From contig JBHGNT010000005.1 of the NCBI GenBank assembly GCA_043228905.1, positions 4,588,001 through 4,652,000 of the forward strand: DNA of 64,000 nt, read 5' to 3'. This stretch comes from Azolla caroliniana (lineage: Eukaryota > Plantae > Polypodiophyta). The notes beneath the pieces were generated by a model. It worked only from the letters and a program-made list of their open reading frames with translations. It was not told where the DNA came from and made no database searches. Position 1 is the stretch's first letter; every line of letters starts with the position of its first letter. Positions 33,623 through 46,344 of the stretch are shown here, one piece after another. Position numbers and translations under genes: made by a program.

Positions 33623-36600
33623 ATGAGGTCCATTTTTTCTTCCTCGTCCCTCTCCATTATATCTGTATGTTATTTATGCTAAATCTCCTTGAAAAACTCT
33701 TTGTTTTCTGCAGTGGAGCAAGACCAATGGATGAAGATCAGGTATGAGCTTTCGATACACTCTCCCTTCCTTCCTTCCTTTTTTTTTCCTTCTTGTTTTC
33801 TATGTTTTATTATTCCTTTCCATCTTCTCTTTCTTCAACCTTCTTTGTTTGCCAGAATGCATTTTAAAATTCTGTTTTTTTTTCCCTCGGCTTTTCCTTC
33901 ATCAATTTCCTTTGACAGGATTTCCTGTCTTTCTCAATCAGAGCTCTATCTTATCCTCGAAGAAACCCTTCACCCATCACTTTCGTTTTTCAGGATTTTT
34001 GTCTTTGGTTCTCTAGATTTGTGACATCAAATATTTAGCTCAGCATTCGTATGCAGCTTTCTCTCAGATACTTTTTGTTCCTGAGTATTAGTGCTTATTC
34101 CTCGATTGCGATTTCGTAATCAAACTTTTGTTGTCATTTCTACGTTTTGCAGGTTTAAATTCATCACTTTGTTTCAATAACTTTTTTGATCATCTTCGTT
34201 TTCTCAGAATTGACTTCAATGCTATCGTTTCTCAGTATCTCTTTCCGTCAGATTTTGTGTATCTTCAGATTTCGATACATCCCCTTTATTTCCAACTTTC
34301 TCTGTTTTTGTTTCTGAGATTTGGTACCCTTTTTTTCTGAGCAGTTGTTTTTTTTTTTCCTGAAATTTTTTCCTTTGTGAAATTTGTTTCTTTATTTCCG
34401 AGAATGTGCGTCTTTACTTCTCTGATATGTGTTTACTCGTGTTTATTTATCTGGTTCAGGAGAAGAAGGAAGATGAGTTTAACACCGGACCTCTTTCTGT
34501 GTTAACAATGAGCGTAAAAAACAATACTCAGGTAAGGATAATCGCAGTTACAGTACATAGAAAGACAATAGGGACATACTTCCATGCACCTCTAGGCGAG
34601 CCCATATAGACACAATGATGACGTTAAATTACTGTGTAAAACAATACTCTTAATTTCACTCTTACATGTGGTCTGATTTTTGTTAGGAGTTTTCATGGGC
34701 ATATTCACTTTCATCCATGAAAACTGACCTTGTTGTACTGAAAAATATTGTAAACCTTTCTGAGAAATAATATTCGGAGGCTGACCCTCTGTGCTCTGGA
34801 TCATCCACCCGATCAGAATAACAATATCTTGCTAACTACCTTCCTTTCCTCATACTTAGAATGCTGAATCAGACTATACCCTTCAGATGTGGGAAAATAT
34901 GCATCACGGCTTGCCAATGAATCTTTTCTATATTTGTTGTGAATTTTGCCAGCACATCAACTTAATAGGCTAAGTATGGTTGAGTACACTGGTACAAGAA
35001 TGTTTCAACTGTAGATAGATATTTGTTGGTCCTCCACCTTCTTTGCTCCTAAATAAATTCATTTTCTTGATGTTGCCCTCTGTTATTAAGGAAGCTGGTT
35101 TACAATATTTCATCTTGAATGCCATATTTCTCTGAGTGACATATATTTCTCTGTCGCGCTGATACACCTCATGTTGCAGACAAAAGTGGAGCATATCCAG
35201 CCTGCCATTAAATTCTTGAACAGAATGAGGTCCCATTCTGTGCATATAAACAGGACTAAGTTGTCCATGTATAGCACAAGGTTGCCCACACTACATCCAT
35301 CTGCCATACTTTCCAGTTCACATCATGAACATTGGCAGTTCTGCCGAGATCTTTCCAAACCTTGCAATCTGGGTAAATAACTTCCGAAAATCTACATCCC
35401 CTTCTTCACAGACCCCTTGGCCACAAGTCTTGCATTGTATATGGTCATAGCATTGCGTAAATCACAGGATTTGTTTGCGTCCAGGTGAGACCAGGGTTCT
35501 GAACTAGGAGAGATTTAGACCTGTGATCAGAGCACTTACAGAAGTTTGCATGTTTATGTCAACATAAAAAAAGAGATTAAACCTTAGTTAGAAAGATTAC
35601 AGACTGTGCATGAACAGACTGATACAGACAGACTGATACATCAGCACAAATGGCTGAACTACAGGATGCTTAGATCGTGGAGCACCCCGAGTGCAATGAA
35701 GATAGACAACGAATATGATGGAGATACACAACTGTGTCCTTCAAAGTGAGCGGATATAGATACAATGATGTCCTTCAAAGTGAGGCAGTTTACGCAACTA
35801 AAATGGCCCATTATATATAGCCAGAAAGTGGATGAAGACTAACCACAATATGCTTGTGGATCCGTTGGAGTTAATAAACACCATGGTAGGCCTATGCATC
35901 CAGCATGTCTACTGACGAAGTTCAATTTGATATTTTTCCATGGTGCCATTAGGAAGCTTTGGGCTTACCTGTTGAAGAGCAAGGAGAAGGCATCTGATTA
36001 AACTTCTCTTATTTTACAGTTGGTTGTGGTAGACATGGAGAGAAGATTAAACTTGAAAGCTCTCTGATTGGACTATGGAATGCAATTCAATTCAGATGAA
36101 TTTCATATCTATGTGAAAATCAAGGAATCTCACGAGGAGTTAGTCTGACTAGATGGAGATGGAGAGAATTTAAATTAAAAGCTATCTGATCGGACAATGG
36201 AATGCAATTCAATTCAGGTGAATTCTATATTTTATGTGAAAATCAAGGAATCTCACGAGAGTTAGTATAACTTTCCCTAATGGCTAGGTTTGTGGGTAAG
36301 GCAGTTTATCTATGAAGCTTGCTGGATCCTAAAAGTGGTTTAGTGAGTGATTTGAGGCTTCATGTGCCAGGGAAAAACCAAACTAGTTTTATAATACCAG
36401 TTTCCCTCTGGGCAATCTGGTTGTGGTCACTTGCTCATCAAATAAAGAGGAAAGGGAACTCCACAGTTATTATGGGAGCGTCTAAGGTTAATCTGCCTTT
36501 CAAGTTGGAGGGCTTCTGGGGTTTGATAGCTTGGCACACCCAATTGCAGGTTTTAGTTCAAAGTTCTAAAATCAAGCTTCAATGGTAGATTGACAGAAGC

Positions 36601-37702
36601 TCCCAACCCTGGCCAGAAAAAGCAAGAATAACTATGTTGGAATAATTCATTAATTCTGTGACCAAGCTCGCCCACTAAGTACAATCAAGGCATTTTTGGC
36701 ACTATTGGCAAAATTGTAACTGTTAATCTTTCAAATCTACTACCTATGATATATGAAAATTATAAACTATAGAATTAATTTTCGACTTCCAATCAATTCC
36801 TGCACATTTTTCTTAAAAACAAGTAAAATTTTTAACATGAATAAAAACAAAGAAGGGATTGGCAAGTCATTGCCAAAAACTTTTGTTATACTCATAACTA
36901 ATGATTTGAGGATTATTCACTGCTGTTGTGAATTGTATTTGAAAATGCAGGTTTTGATCAATTGTAGGAATAACAAGAAACTCTTGGGGAGAGTGAAGGC
37001 TTTTGATAGGCATTGCAACATGGTGCTTGAGAATGTGAGAGAGATGTGGACAGAGGTGAATCACTTAATTCTTTACAATTTTCCAAATTTTATCATATTG
37101 ATTCACAAATGTTTAAATTTTTTATGTTACTTTTGCTTTACAGTGTTAAATATTTTTTTTGTTTCTACAACGTTCAAATAGTCTTTTGTTTCTTTATATA
37201 ACGTTCCTTTACACTGTTAAATTTTATTATGCTTCTTTATAATATATAGATTATATTGTGCGTCTTTACAATACCTAAAATTGATTGCGTTTCTTTACAT
37301 TCTTAATTTTTTAATTATGTTCCATTACAATGTTTTAAGTTTGTTATGTTTCTTTATTGTCTCAAATTTCTTAAGTGTCTTTATTTATAGAGTTTATATA
37401 CAATCATGTAATATATTATGATCCTTTAACAGTGTTCCAATTTTATTATACTGAATGCATCTTAGTCGTGTTTTTTTCGTTTGAATCTACTGTTTTGAAT
37501 GAATTTATATAATTAACTGTTTCGTTGCTTTCTTCTTTTGGTTTATAAGCTTTAATGTTTCTTAAGCCTATGGTATTGTGCACAGATGCCAAAGACAGGG
37601 AAAGGGAAAAAGAAATCAAAGCCAGTAAACAAGGATAGATTCATCAGCAAAATGTTTCTAAGAGGAGATTCTGTTATCATTGTGCTGAAAAATCCAAAAT
37701 AA
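33623..37702 (+). CDS. SMD2: Small nuclear ribonucleoprotein Sm D2 (108 aa); exons 33623..33627, 33714..33741, 34460..34531, 36951..37055, 37586..37702
   Basis: [11 protein letters not shown]|[24 protein letters not shown]|[35 protein letters not shown]|[38 protein letters not shown]; all introns GT-AG and in phase. Confidence 0.96.
35030..35460 (-). mobile_element. Highly degraded Ty1/Copia RT relic in Sm D2 intron 3
   Basis: Minus strand [55 protein letters not shown] resemble Copia RT motifs. Confidence 0.65.
36032..36270 (+). mobile_element. Two tandem copies (~120 bp) of a Copia integrase fragment
   Basis: [29 protein letters not shown] resembles the integrase motif KCLRSDNGGEF.S.EF..FC...GI.RE; copies at ~36032 and ~36158. 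Confidence 0.6.
37068..37450. repeat. Degenerate AT-rich ~30-bp minisatellite in Sm D2 intron 4
   Basis: Recurrent TTCTTTACAAT.TT.AAATTTT.TTATG-like units. Confidence 0.55.
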
Positions 37703-40700
37703 TTGCAATGAAGATTCCTTTATAGATGGTTAGACTTTGACTTTTTTCAGAAGACTTGTATATTGTATTACACATTTAAAATCAACGTCAATTGTTTTTT
37801 GTTGTACAATTCCTAAAGGTTTTTATACTAGCCAATGATATTTTTAATTATCATGGTGCTTTCATTCCTGCATGTACCCTTCTTACTTTTTTAATGATTT
37901 GGTGATACTTTGAAATATTCAGCATGTTTCATTGTTGTAGCTTTTGAATCTAGAAGTGAGGATTAGGATTGGATTTATGCTATTTGGTTTTTAATTCAGG
38001 AAGTTGGCATTTTAAATAGCTATAATAGAGATGGGAGTCACAATGGTTCTCTTGGTATGGTAAATTTTGGTATAACTGTAGTTGAAATTTTGCTATTTTA
38101 ATTGCAATTCACAACTAGCTGTCAACTTGATAAGATAAACGAAAGGATTACCAGATTTATGTCGTTAAGATCTTGTATTAAGTGATTTGCAAATGAATCT
38201 AGCAAGGTTCCAGATATGTAAGTGTAGATCTTTTTCTGAGCAACAATCCCTTGTAAAGGTGCTTATTAGATTATGTGTGCAAGGAAAAGAATAAGAGGAA
38301 AGAAACCCATAAAATGCATGCATAGCATTCAGGATTATTAAAATATCAGCTGTGGTGGATTGTATTTTCGTATATCTAGTGACTGATTATGCTTACTGTT
38401 ATTAACATACTCAATATGCTTGAATTTGGAAGCAGAAGGGACGAAATAATAGATGTTGATGGAGATGAAAGAAAGGAGATCATCAAACCACATAACTGAT
38501 CAAACTGGTAGAGTTAGTAGAACGGTAAAAGCTTAAGGAGAAGCATAGGATCCAGTACAATGTGGTTGAACTTAGTTTAAAGAACCAAATTTTTCAGTGT
38601 GATCAATAAATTTTGCAATAGATTTGAAGCAAGGCTATCAGAATCTTTTAGTTTTTGTAGCATTTAGTATTACCCAATGCATTAGAATGGGAGATTTCGA
38701 AGTGATAAATCAATGACTAATAGAAAGGGTAACACTAGACACTATTTTTGCTCATAATTTCATCAAAATATTGTGTGAAACATGTATATAGAAATGAATT
38801 AAGTAAGCAATATAGGGATGTAGATGGACAAACCATAGTTATTGCTATCTTTTTGAGCTTCATTCATCAGATTGATCATAGAGTACATGGAATGAAGAAA
38901 TAGGATAAGTATGGAGTTTAGATGTCAGAAAAGTTGTATGGTCTAGTCTGTTTGAAGATGTGACTAGTCTTAACTTCACTAAACATAGAATTTGTAAGAT
39001 TCCTCTTTTCGAGATTGTTGTATTGCAGATTGACTTAAGTAGTGATTGGGTATTACTATTTAATATTCTTGATGTTTATATTGGAAAGGTTACATATGTT
39101 TTGCTTGGTCTATACATTATGCTTAGAACTTGATTGTGTTGTTGGACCTTGACATGAGACATCCATTTCATTGATGTAACTCTTGAGCAATGAAAGTTGT
39201 AAAGCATAGCAAACTGTGTATCTAAAACCTGGGGAACATTCAGCTCTCCTCTTGTACTGTATAAATTCCCTAAATCCTCTAGGTTTGCAAGAAGAAAGAA
39301 TACATCCTTAGTTTTATTCTTACCTCGGACTTGGTGTTGTATTTGGAATACTAGAGCAATAGTGTCTTCTAGTCATTGTTTTCATATAAGTTGAAGCTTA
39401 TATTCTTTGGTGTGGCCTTCGTAATGCATCTAATTGCAACATTTATTGCATACAAGCATAACTCTAATGCTGATTCTTCAACATAATTTGGCCCATATGG
39501 GCTGCCATTTAGCTTTATCCAAGCTGCAGTTATAGGAAATTCAGGTTTATAAGCATTGACAAACAGATTTGCTTATAGTGTATTTTGGGGGTCCTACCTC
39601 AAAATGGAGCAACTACAAGTTCCCGACTCTTGATTTCACAATGCATGTGGTCAGAGATTTGATTCTCCTCCCACTAAAATGGACACATGATAAGGAGAAT
39701 CTAATCAAATGAAGATGCCTTGTTGCCCTTCAAAATTGAACCACTACCTACAAGTTGTGGCCTAATGCTTAACATGCACATTGTCAACGATTCCCTCCCC
39801 CCCTCCCCCTCCCCCCCAATAAAAAAAACTAAAATTGAGGTGCGATAAGGAGGCTCCATTTATCATGGAGATGCATTATATATGCCATCAATTCATTTCT
39901 TTATTATGCACCTCCATCCGTCATGTTTTGCTGATTAGGGAATTTATGCTATTTTTTAGTTCACATTGTTTCAATATTAAATCACTACTAAATGGAATGC
40001 AATTGCAACCTTTTGTAAAGTAATTCTCCACCTCTAGCATGAACTAGATATCGTTTTTCATATTTCAAGCAGTCCTACAGGATTTTCTACATGCTCAATA
40101 TATTCCTTCGCTTTTCCTAGAGAACAAAAATAGATGATTTTCTACCATATATGTTTATACTTGGAGTCTCTCAACATACTCAAGGGATCGGAGGAAATCA
40201 CAACTACTTGGAAGTTTATGTGAAGAGAATTCTCAATAAAATCATCATTAGTGACATCCAACATAATTGCAAGGAAAACTATCAAAGACGAGTGTATCAA
40301 GAGATATTTTTCTCCAATGAGCTTGAAGGGAAATTTGACAAAAATGGATATATCAAGAGTTTATTGACTAGTATGTGGGCTTTATATAAGGTATATTCAT
40401 ATTTTCCATCCGCTCGACCAATCAATCTTTTTGACCTTGTCAAGATATGGCACAACGGTAAAAAGTGGCTATGTCGTTGAACAAATGGTCATTTGTATAT
40501 CATTATTTGACTTTTGAATATATACAAACAATTGGAGACTCTAAATTTGAATTTTGTTTTGTTACTTAATGAAAGATATACATTCAATCACCTCAATATG
40601 AAGGATCACCGAACGTATACATTATTATATACAATTGATTGTCCTAGGCTCATGTAACTCGTAGGCAAGACAACATATAGATTGAATGTAGAAGCTTTTC

Positions 40701-40919
40701 TGAAAACAATTTAAGTTTTAAGTGATAGCAACAACGCACATTCAGTAATTAACAGAGTTAACAATAGGTAATGAATCCACACTATGTTGCATCAAATTGT
40801 TGCATGCTTGTTTTATATTGGTGGAAGTGTAGGTAGAACATTAAAACATGTGATCTGATGCAATGACACTTCTGTTAACTAATAAATGATGTTATTCCAA
40901 ATCTCTCTCTCTCTCTCTC

Positions 40920-41660
40920 TTGATGCTATTCAATGCTATGGTGGTCCAAGTGTTGCTTTACGAAGTAGAAGTGTGGGATGGCACTACCTCGTTTAGAGCA
41001 TGGAATGAAATAGAGAAAATCCAAAAAATATTCTTACGTAGACAATTGGGAGTAAAATCCTCAACATCCAATCCTATCGTGCAATTAGAAGCAATTTCTC
41101 AGCCCATAGAGGCACTAGCCATGCAAAGAGTATACAAGTACATCACAAAAGAGGCACAAAGTCAGGAATATGCCTCGCCATAGAGAGCCGAAACAAGCTT
41201 GGAACATGGGATGCAAAGTACAAAAAACTAAGAGAAAATTCCTCTCAGGGGATGGGTGCTTGACATTATAAAATGGTTTAAGAGATGGGGAGTACACGAT
41301 CTATTGGAACTCTCAAGTGATGCTATGAAGTATGTGATCATTGAGGATAGATTACTATGAGGCTCTAAGGATGAAGTGGCAAGATTCCATAATGTCTAAA
41401 CTGGAATATTATATAGCAAATCTTAACCCCCAAATTGGCAAGAACGTATCCAATCGCATCTCACTACCCCTATAAGCCCTTGCTCTCGGAGAGTATTAGG
41501 ACTTCTTCAAAAAACTCGCTCACACAAGTTAGGTGTTGACTCTTGAGGTAGTATCATGGCATCCTCGCCCAAATATGTAGATATATGCAAGGTATGCAAT
41601 GAAAACCTAGTGGAGGATGAATATCACTTACTTATCACATGCTCAACATACCGCACGAGT
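40920..41660 (+). mobile_element. RTE-like LINE C-terminal fragment preceded by (CT)n
   Basis: LFNAMVVQVLLYEVEVW...WNEIEKIQKIFLRRQLGVK; ICKVCNENLVEDEYHLLITCSTY zinc knuckle. Confidence 0.75.
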
Positions 41661-42347
41661 GTGAGTGTATGTTATCCCTAACCGTTTCTGTTCATCACTT
41701 CAGTTTGCAAAGTGAGAATTTGAGGGTTTTTTATATTGGTGAAGATAGCCAACAATTGTAGACCTTGTGTGCACAATGCTGACTTGATTTGTATGATGCA
41801 CTGATCCCAAATGTTTGTGCAAAATACCACAAAAATTAAACATTATGATTGGAGGGCAAACCACCATTTGCCAAACTTAATAGGAAAACCCATATTCCCC
41901 AAAGTCACTAACTCGGATAACAAGACATGCTATAACCCAAAGCAAGAAATAGTTCAATAAATAACAATTAAGGTTTAATATTAGAACCACTTCTTGGCAT
42001 GCAATTCATCACAATAAGAATCCATTCTAAGTCTGCATTTGTTTTAAAAGGGAAATACTATATAGTATAGTGTCACATATGGCCACATGAAGAATACACA
42101 ACCTTTGTTGTTTTGATACAATGTTAAGATAATAGGATCAACCCCAAACCCTCCATAGACAAGGGTCTCCTCATCTATTCAATCATAGGGAGGAAATCAA
42201 TTCCTGGTTCCTCACCTTACATGGCCTTCCTTCTTATTTTTTATATAATTTTCAAAATAAAATAGACAAGGATTACCTCATCTACCCAAGCATCATATAG
42301 ATATGGTCTTATAGAACGAGAAAATCCTAGTATTAGTTGGAGAACCT

Positions 42348-43262
42348 TTAAGAGGAATGAAAATGCCTTGCCTCATCCATCCATGCGTGGACATGCTCTA
42401 GGAAGGTGCGATTCGCTGGCCGATCCTTGCGACGGACATATGTGGAGGCTTCCTTGTCGGTGTAGCAAGGGATATGTGGGGCACAAGAAGCCATTTTGTG
42501 CCCATAAGTCTGGCTAGCAAAGTAAGCTTGGGCACACAACTCCACGGTTCCCGCCAAACCATTGACCGTCTCCACGAGATCATCGCGACATTCAGATTTG
42601 AAGACCATGGCATCGTCGTCGAGATGCCGAGGCTCCTGAGCTATGGCATCATCAGAGTCCACTGCCTCGCATCCAACGATATCATCACAGCATTCTGTCC
42701 CAACAACAATGACATCCTCAAACCTGGCTATGAGGTTCCCATCCTTACCATCATTGCCGGATCCCGGCTCCATAACCCTGACATCGATTGTCCGGCGTTC
42801 GTAGTGACCTTTGGAGATACCCTCGAGCTCGTCGAGCCGAGAGAGGGCAAACTCATCTATCTCATAGACTTCTCCCTGCACATGGTGCCCACATGGTGTA
42901 GAAGTGTGGAGGAGGAAGGGTACTTGGAAAGGCCCGCAAACTAGAGGGAACTTTCTCGATGTGAACCCTCCCCCTACGAATCGGGCATGGCGAGAACCCA
43001 TGAGTTCCTCCATGAGCCAATGGTTCCCAAACCCTTGTTTGAGGGTGCCATACACAAAAGCAAAATGCACAGGCGAGGGCTCTGTTCCTGGGCTTTGTTT
43101 TCCGTTTGCGTTGATATGGTGAGGAGGAGGGATAGAGGCATCAAGTAGTGGGCGGCGGTGGCCATGGAATCTCTTGTGGAGCTTCGTGGAGAGATGGGTC
43201 TGATCATGGGTGAGATCAGAAGAGATGGGGGAGGAAGAAGACCCACAACTCAAGCACATCAT
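42348..43262 (-). CDS. Gamma-glutamylcyclotransferase, AIG2-like (At3g02910-type), intronless, 304 aa
   Basis: FVYGTLKQGFGNH, FPLVCGPFQVPFLL, VQGEVYEID, LDELEG..KGHYER, YVRRKDRP..RTFLEH. Confidence 0.9.
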   Translation of the reverse strand: MMCLSCGSSSSPISSDLTHDQTHLSTKLHKRFHGHRRPLLDASIPPPHHINANGKQSPGTEPSPVHFAFVYGTLKQGFGNHWLMEELMGSRHARFVGGGFTSRKFPLVCGPFQVPFLLHTSTPCGHHVQGEVYEIDEFALSRLDELEGISKGHYERRTIDVRVMEPGSGNDGKDGNLIARFEDVIVVGTECCDDIVGCEAVDSDDAIAQEPRHLDDDAMVFKSECRDDLVETVNGLAGTVELCAQAYFASQTYGHKMASCAPHIPCYTDKEASTYVRRKDRPANRTFLEHVHAWMDEARHFHSS

Positions 43263-45777
43263 GGTGGCTCAATGAATTCAGATAAACCAGAGATAAGGAG
43301 GGAGACAGAGACAGAGACAGAGAAAGAGAAACAGAGAGAGTAACTCAAGATATATACATATATATGGGAGGACTTAATAGCTTTTTTTTTTGGTCCGGGT
43401 GATAGATAAGAATCATAAGATACACCATGGAGGGCCATTGCTTTTGCTCTTTTGTCCGGCCATCCATCGCCTTTTGTCCGGCCGCCCGGGGCTCGGGGCC
43501 CATGGCATCTCTCGTGTGTCCGTCCACTTCATCGTAAGCCCATTCCCCTCTCTAAAATTGGGCCATTTAGCCATCCGTCATGACCGCCCATGCTCTATGC
43601 CTGCCAACCCTATCACTTGTGTGACACACAATGTGATGATGACCAATTCCATTTCGCTGCCAACGTGTGTGTGTGCCCTGGGAAAGTAGTCGCCGATTTC
43701 TCTTACCAGTTCCCCACTTTCGAGATTCATGGGTTGTCCTTGACTCATCACCTCCTCGCATTCAATGTGTTCATGGGGGCCTCCCCACCACCCATTCGAC
43801 ACATGTTAAAAGAGAATGGTGCATTCAATTGTTGCCTCTTCGCATAGCCCACTAAACGCTATCACACATACATTCCATCGTACGATCCGTTTCTTTTTTG
43901 ATATCATGTTTCCTTTCACGCATACTTCATATCATAGGTTGGGGTCACACTATATGAGAATTTTGAGACGTCCGTAAGTATGATGTAAAATAGACGTTTT
44001 TTTTTGTTTTTGTTAGAGGAAATGAATGTTGGCAACTTGGGTGGGAGGAGAGGATTGAAGGGCATTGGCAGGATGGAATGAAGCAAAAGCAATCTTTTGT
44101 CATATGTACATTACATTTGTGGTCATCTGAATTCCAAATACAAGTGATAGATTTGCGAGGTTGGGTCTCTAAGAAGCTAACAAAAGAGTTTTTTTCTAGA
44201 ATTAAATAGAGTGATCAGTCGAAGATTTCTCTTTTTCCGCTTGCAATGTAGTGTGACATGTGGTAGAAATTTTCGCCTTAATTAAATATCATAATGCTAT
44301 AAAGAAGAAATTATATATCTTGTTTCTTACACACAAATTCTTTATTCTAGTTTTCTCATGGAAGAAGGTGGTCGGTCAAGTTAGCAATCGAGACCATTGA
44401 GTTTCGAAACTAGATTCACAACTTAGTTTAAACATGGTTGCCAACTTGTATGCTAAATTGGTTATGGGCATGATTACCAGCTCAATAATTTTCTGCAATA
44501 ATAGTTAAAGTAGTGTACAAACAACAAAAGTAATGTTGATACTTCAAGAATATCGGATTATTACCTAAAGCAATAATGTATTATGATCACATGCAAATAA
44601 TAACTTTATCTACCTCCTCCCTATTTGTGCCTGATCATCACTTGTTCCTTTTCGTACATGTTCATCATTCTAAAAAAGAAATATACCGAGAAATATTAGA
44701 ACAAATGCCAGTCCTAAAACGAAAGCTTAACAACTACGAAGAAGAAAGCATGCCTATCCAACTCTATTGCATGATATGACCTCCTCTAGTGATGAGTCCC
44801 ACATTTTTCTAGGCATTTCTCTTTGTACTATCAATAGAATTATTAAATCTTGTCAATCAGTTTTTGTGTTTGATCATCAACCTCACAACCATTCCAATGG
44901 AATTTTGTCTACTTTGTTGTAGTAGACAATATTATGCCCACAACCAAAAAGTGCAAGAGTCTAAAAACATAATGTAACTTTTTAATGGTATGAGGACACC
45001 AAAATCTTACAACATAAGAAATTGGTTCTCTTGCTTTAAGAAAGAAAGTGGTATCACTTTTGTGCGGTGGTAAGTTATAAGTAAAAAACCCATTTGTTTA
45101 GGGATGTACTTGTTTGGCCCATAGTGACTGACCCCTATGGAGCTAAGTATTCACATAGCAAAATTATATTGATAAAAACTACTATTGAAGTATATTGACA
45201 AAAACTATTATGGATGCTCTTTGTACTTGAAAGTAAAGCATCCACAAAGAGCCTAGTATGAAAAGTTGTTTCAAGGTGAAGAATAGTGGAGAATTTTCAG
45301 TTTTAAAAGTAATGGAACTTTTTTGAAACAATAGTTGATATCTCTAATAGAAAATAACTATGTATTTTGCTTTAGAATAAAAAACATGTTTCTCCATTTC
45401 AATATCTTGCACGTGGTCTTTGTACATAATTTTTTTATATATCTATTTACTATTTATTCCTATGTACCAATACATTGCAAGTAAGAGGCAATCCATATCT
45501 TTATGTTGTGTATATTATGTCTTAAGAGTAAGCTCAATAAGAAAAACCCATAAGATGGACAAATTTTTGTTTGTATCTCATTTTAAGACTGTTCATTTGT
45601 TTGACAACAAAAAGGTTGATGCATTGTTCAAAATATGGGCTCACATTGTTACAGTATGTCACGTCATGATCACAGTTCCTAATATTCGCGTACGTCCAAT
45701 TTATTGGACGTACGCGAACGTTTGCAAACGTACACGTATGATACGCGATATTCGTTTGTTTTTTTTTTTTGGGTGTT

Positions 45778-45809
<32 letters not shown>

Positions 45810-46255
45810 CTGACGCATCGTCGCGTTGTGAGGAGTGACGAGTGACGAGTTTGAGTCTCTGAGAGTCTGAGAGTCGAGAGCTCTGAGTGATCGTGAATCT
45901 GAAGTTATGATGAGCTTACAATAAAGAAAGATACCCATCCACGTGATGAGGAATTTTGGGATAAGAGAAATGCTTATGTTGATATGTGGCCTTGGGTGGT
46001 ACAAAATCTTTGAATATCGAACTTATTATAGAATCATGTACCACCTTATTGCAAGTGTAAAGGAACATCATATACAATGACAAAATTTGGGAATATGGGA
46101 GCAACTTTGAAGTGTCTTCAATTCATCCATATATAGATGTGAGTGCCAACTCAAATTATCCTTGATTTGTTGAGATGTTTAATAAAGAATGTGGAAATAC
46201 TATGCTTTGAAGTAGAATTTGTTTACCGAAACATTGGCATGACCAAACATGTAAC

Positions 46256-46301
46256 TATAAAGAAATGAAGAGGTAAGAGTGGTTGTAATGCAACGGAAGA
46301 T

Positions 46302-46344
<43 letters not shown>

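Noticed and set aside
34615-34675. Possible intronic C/D snoRNA (ATGATGA...CTGA) in Sm D2 intron 3
   Set aside because: Only ~61 nt, weak terminal stem and no convincing rRNA-complementary guide that I could identify
38000-40500. Possible additional gene between Sm D2 and GGCT (e.g. 40151..40480 ORF)
   Set aside because: No recognisable motifs or consistent exon chain
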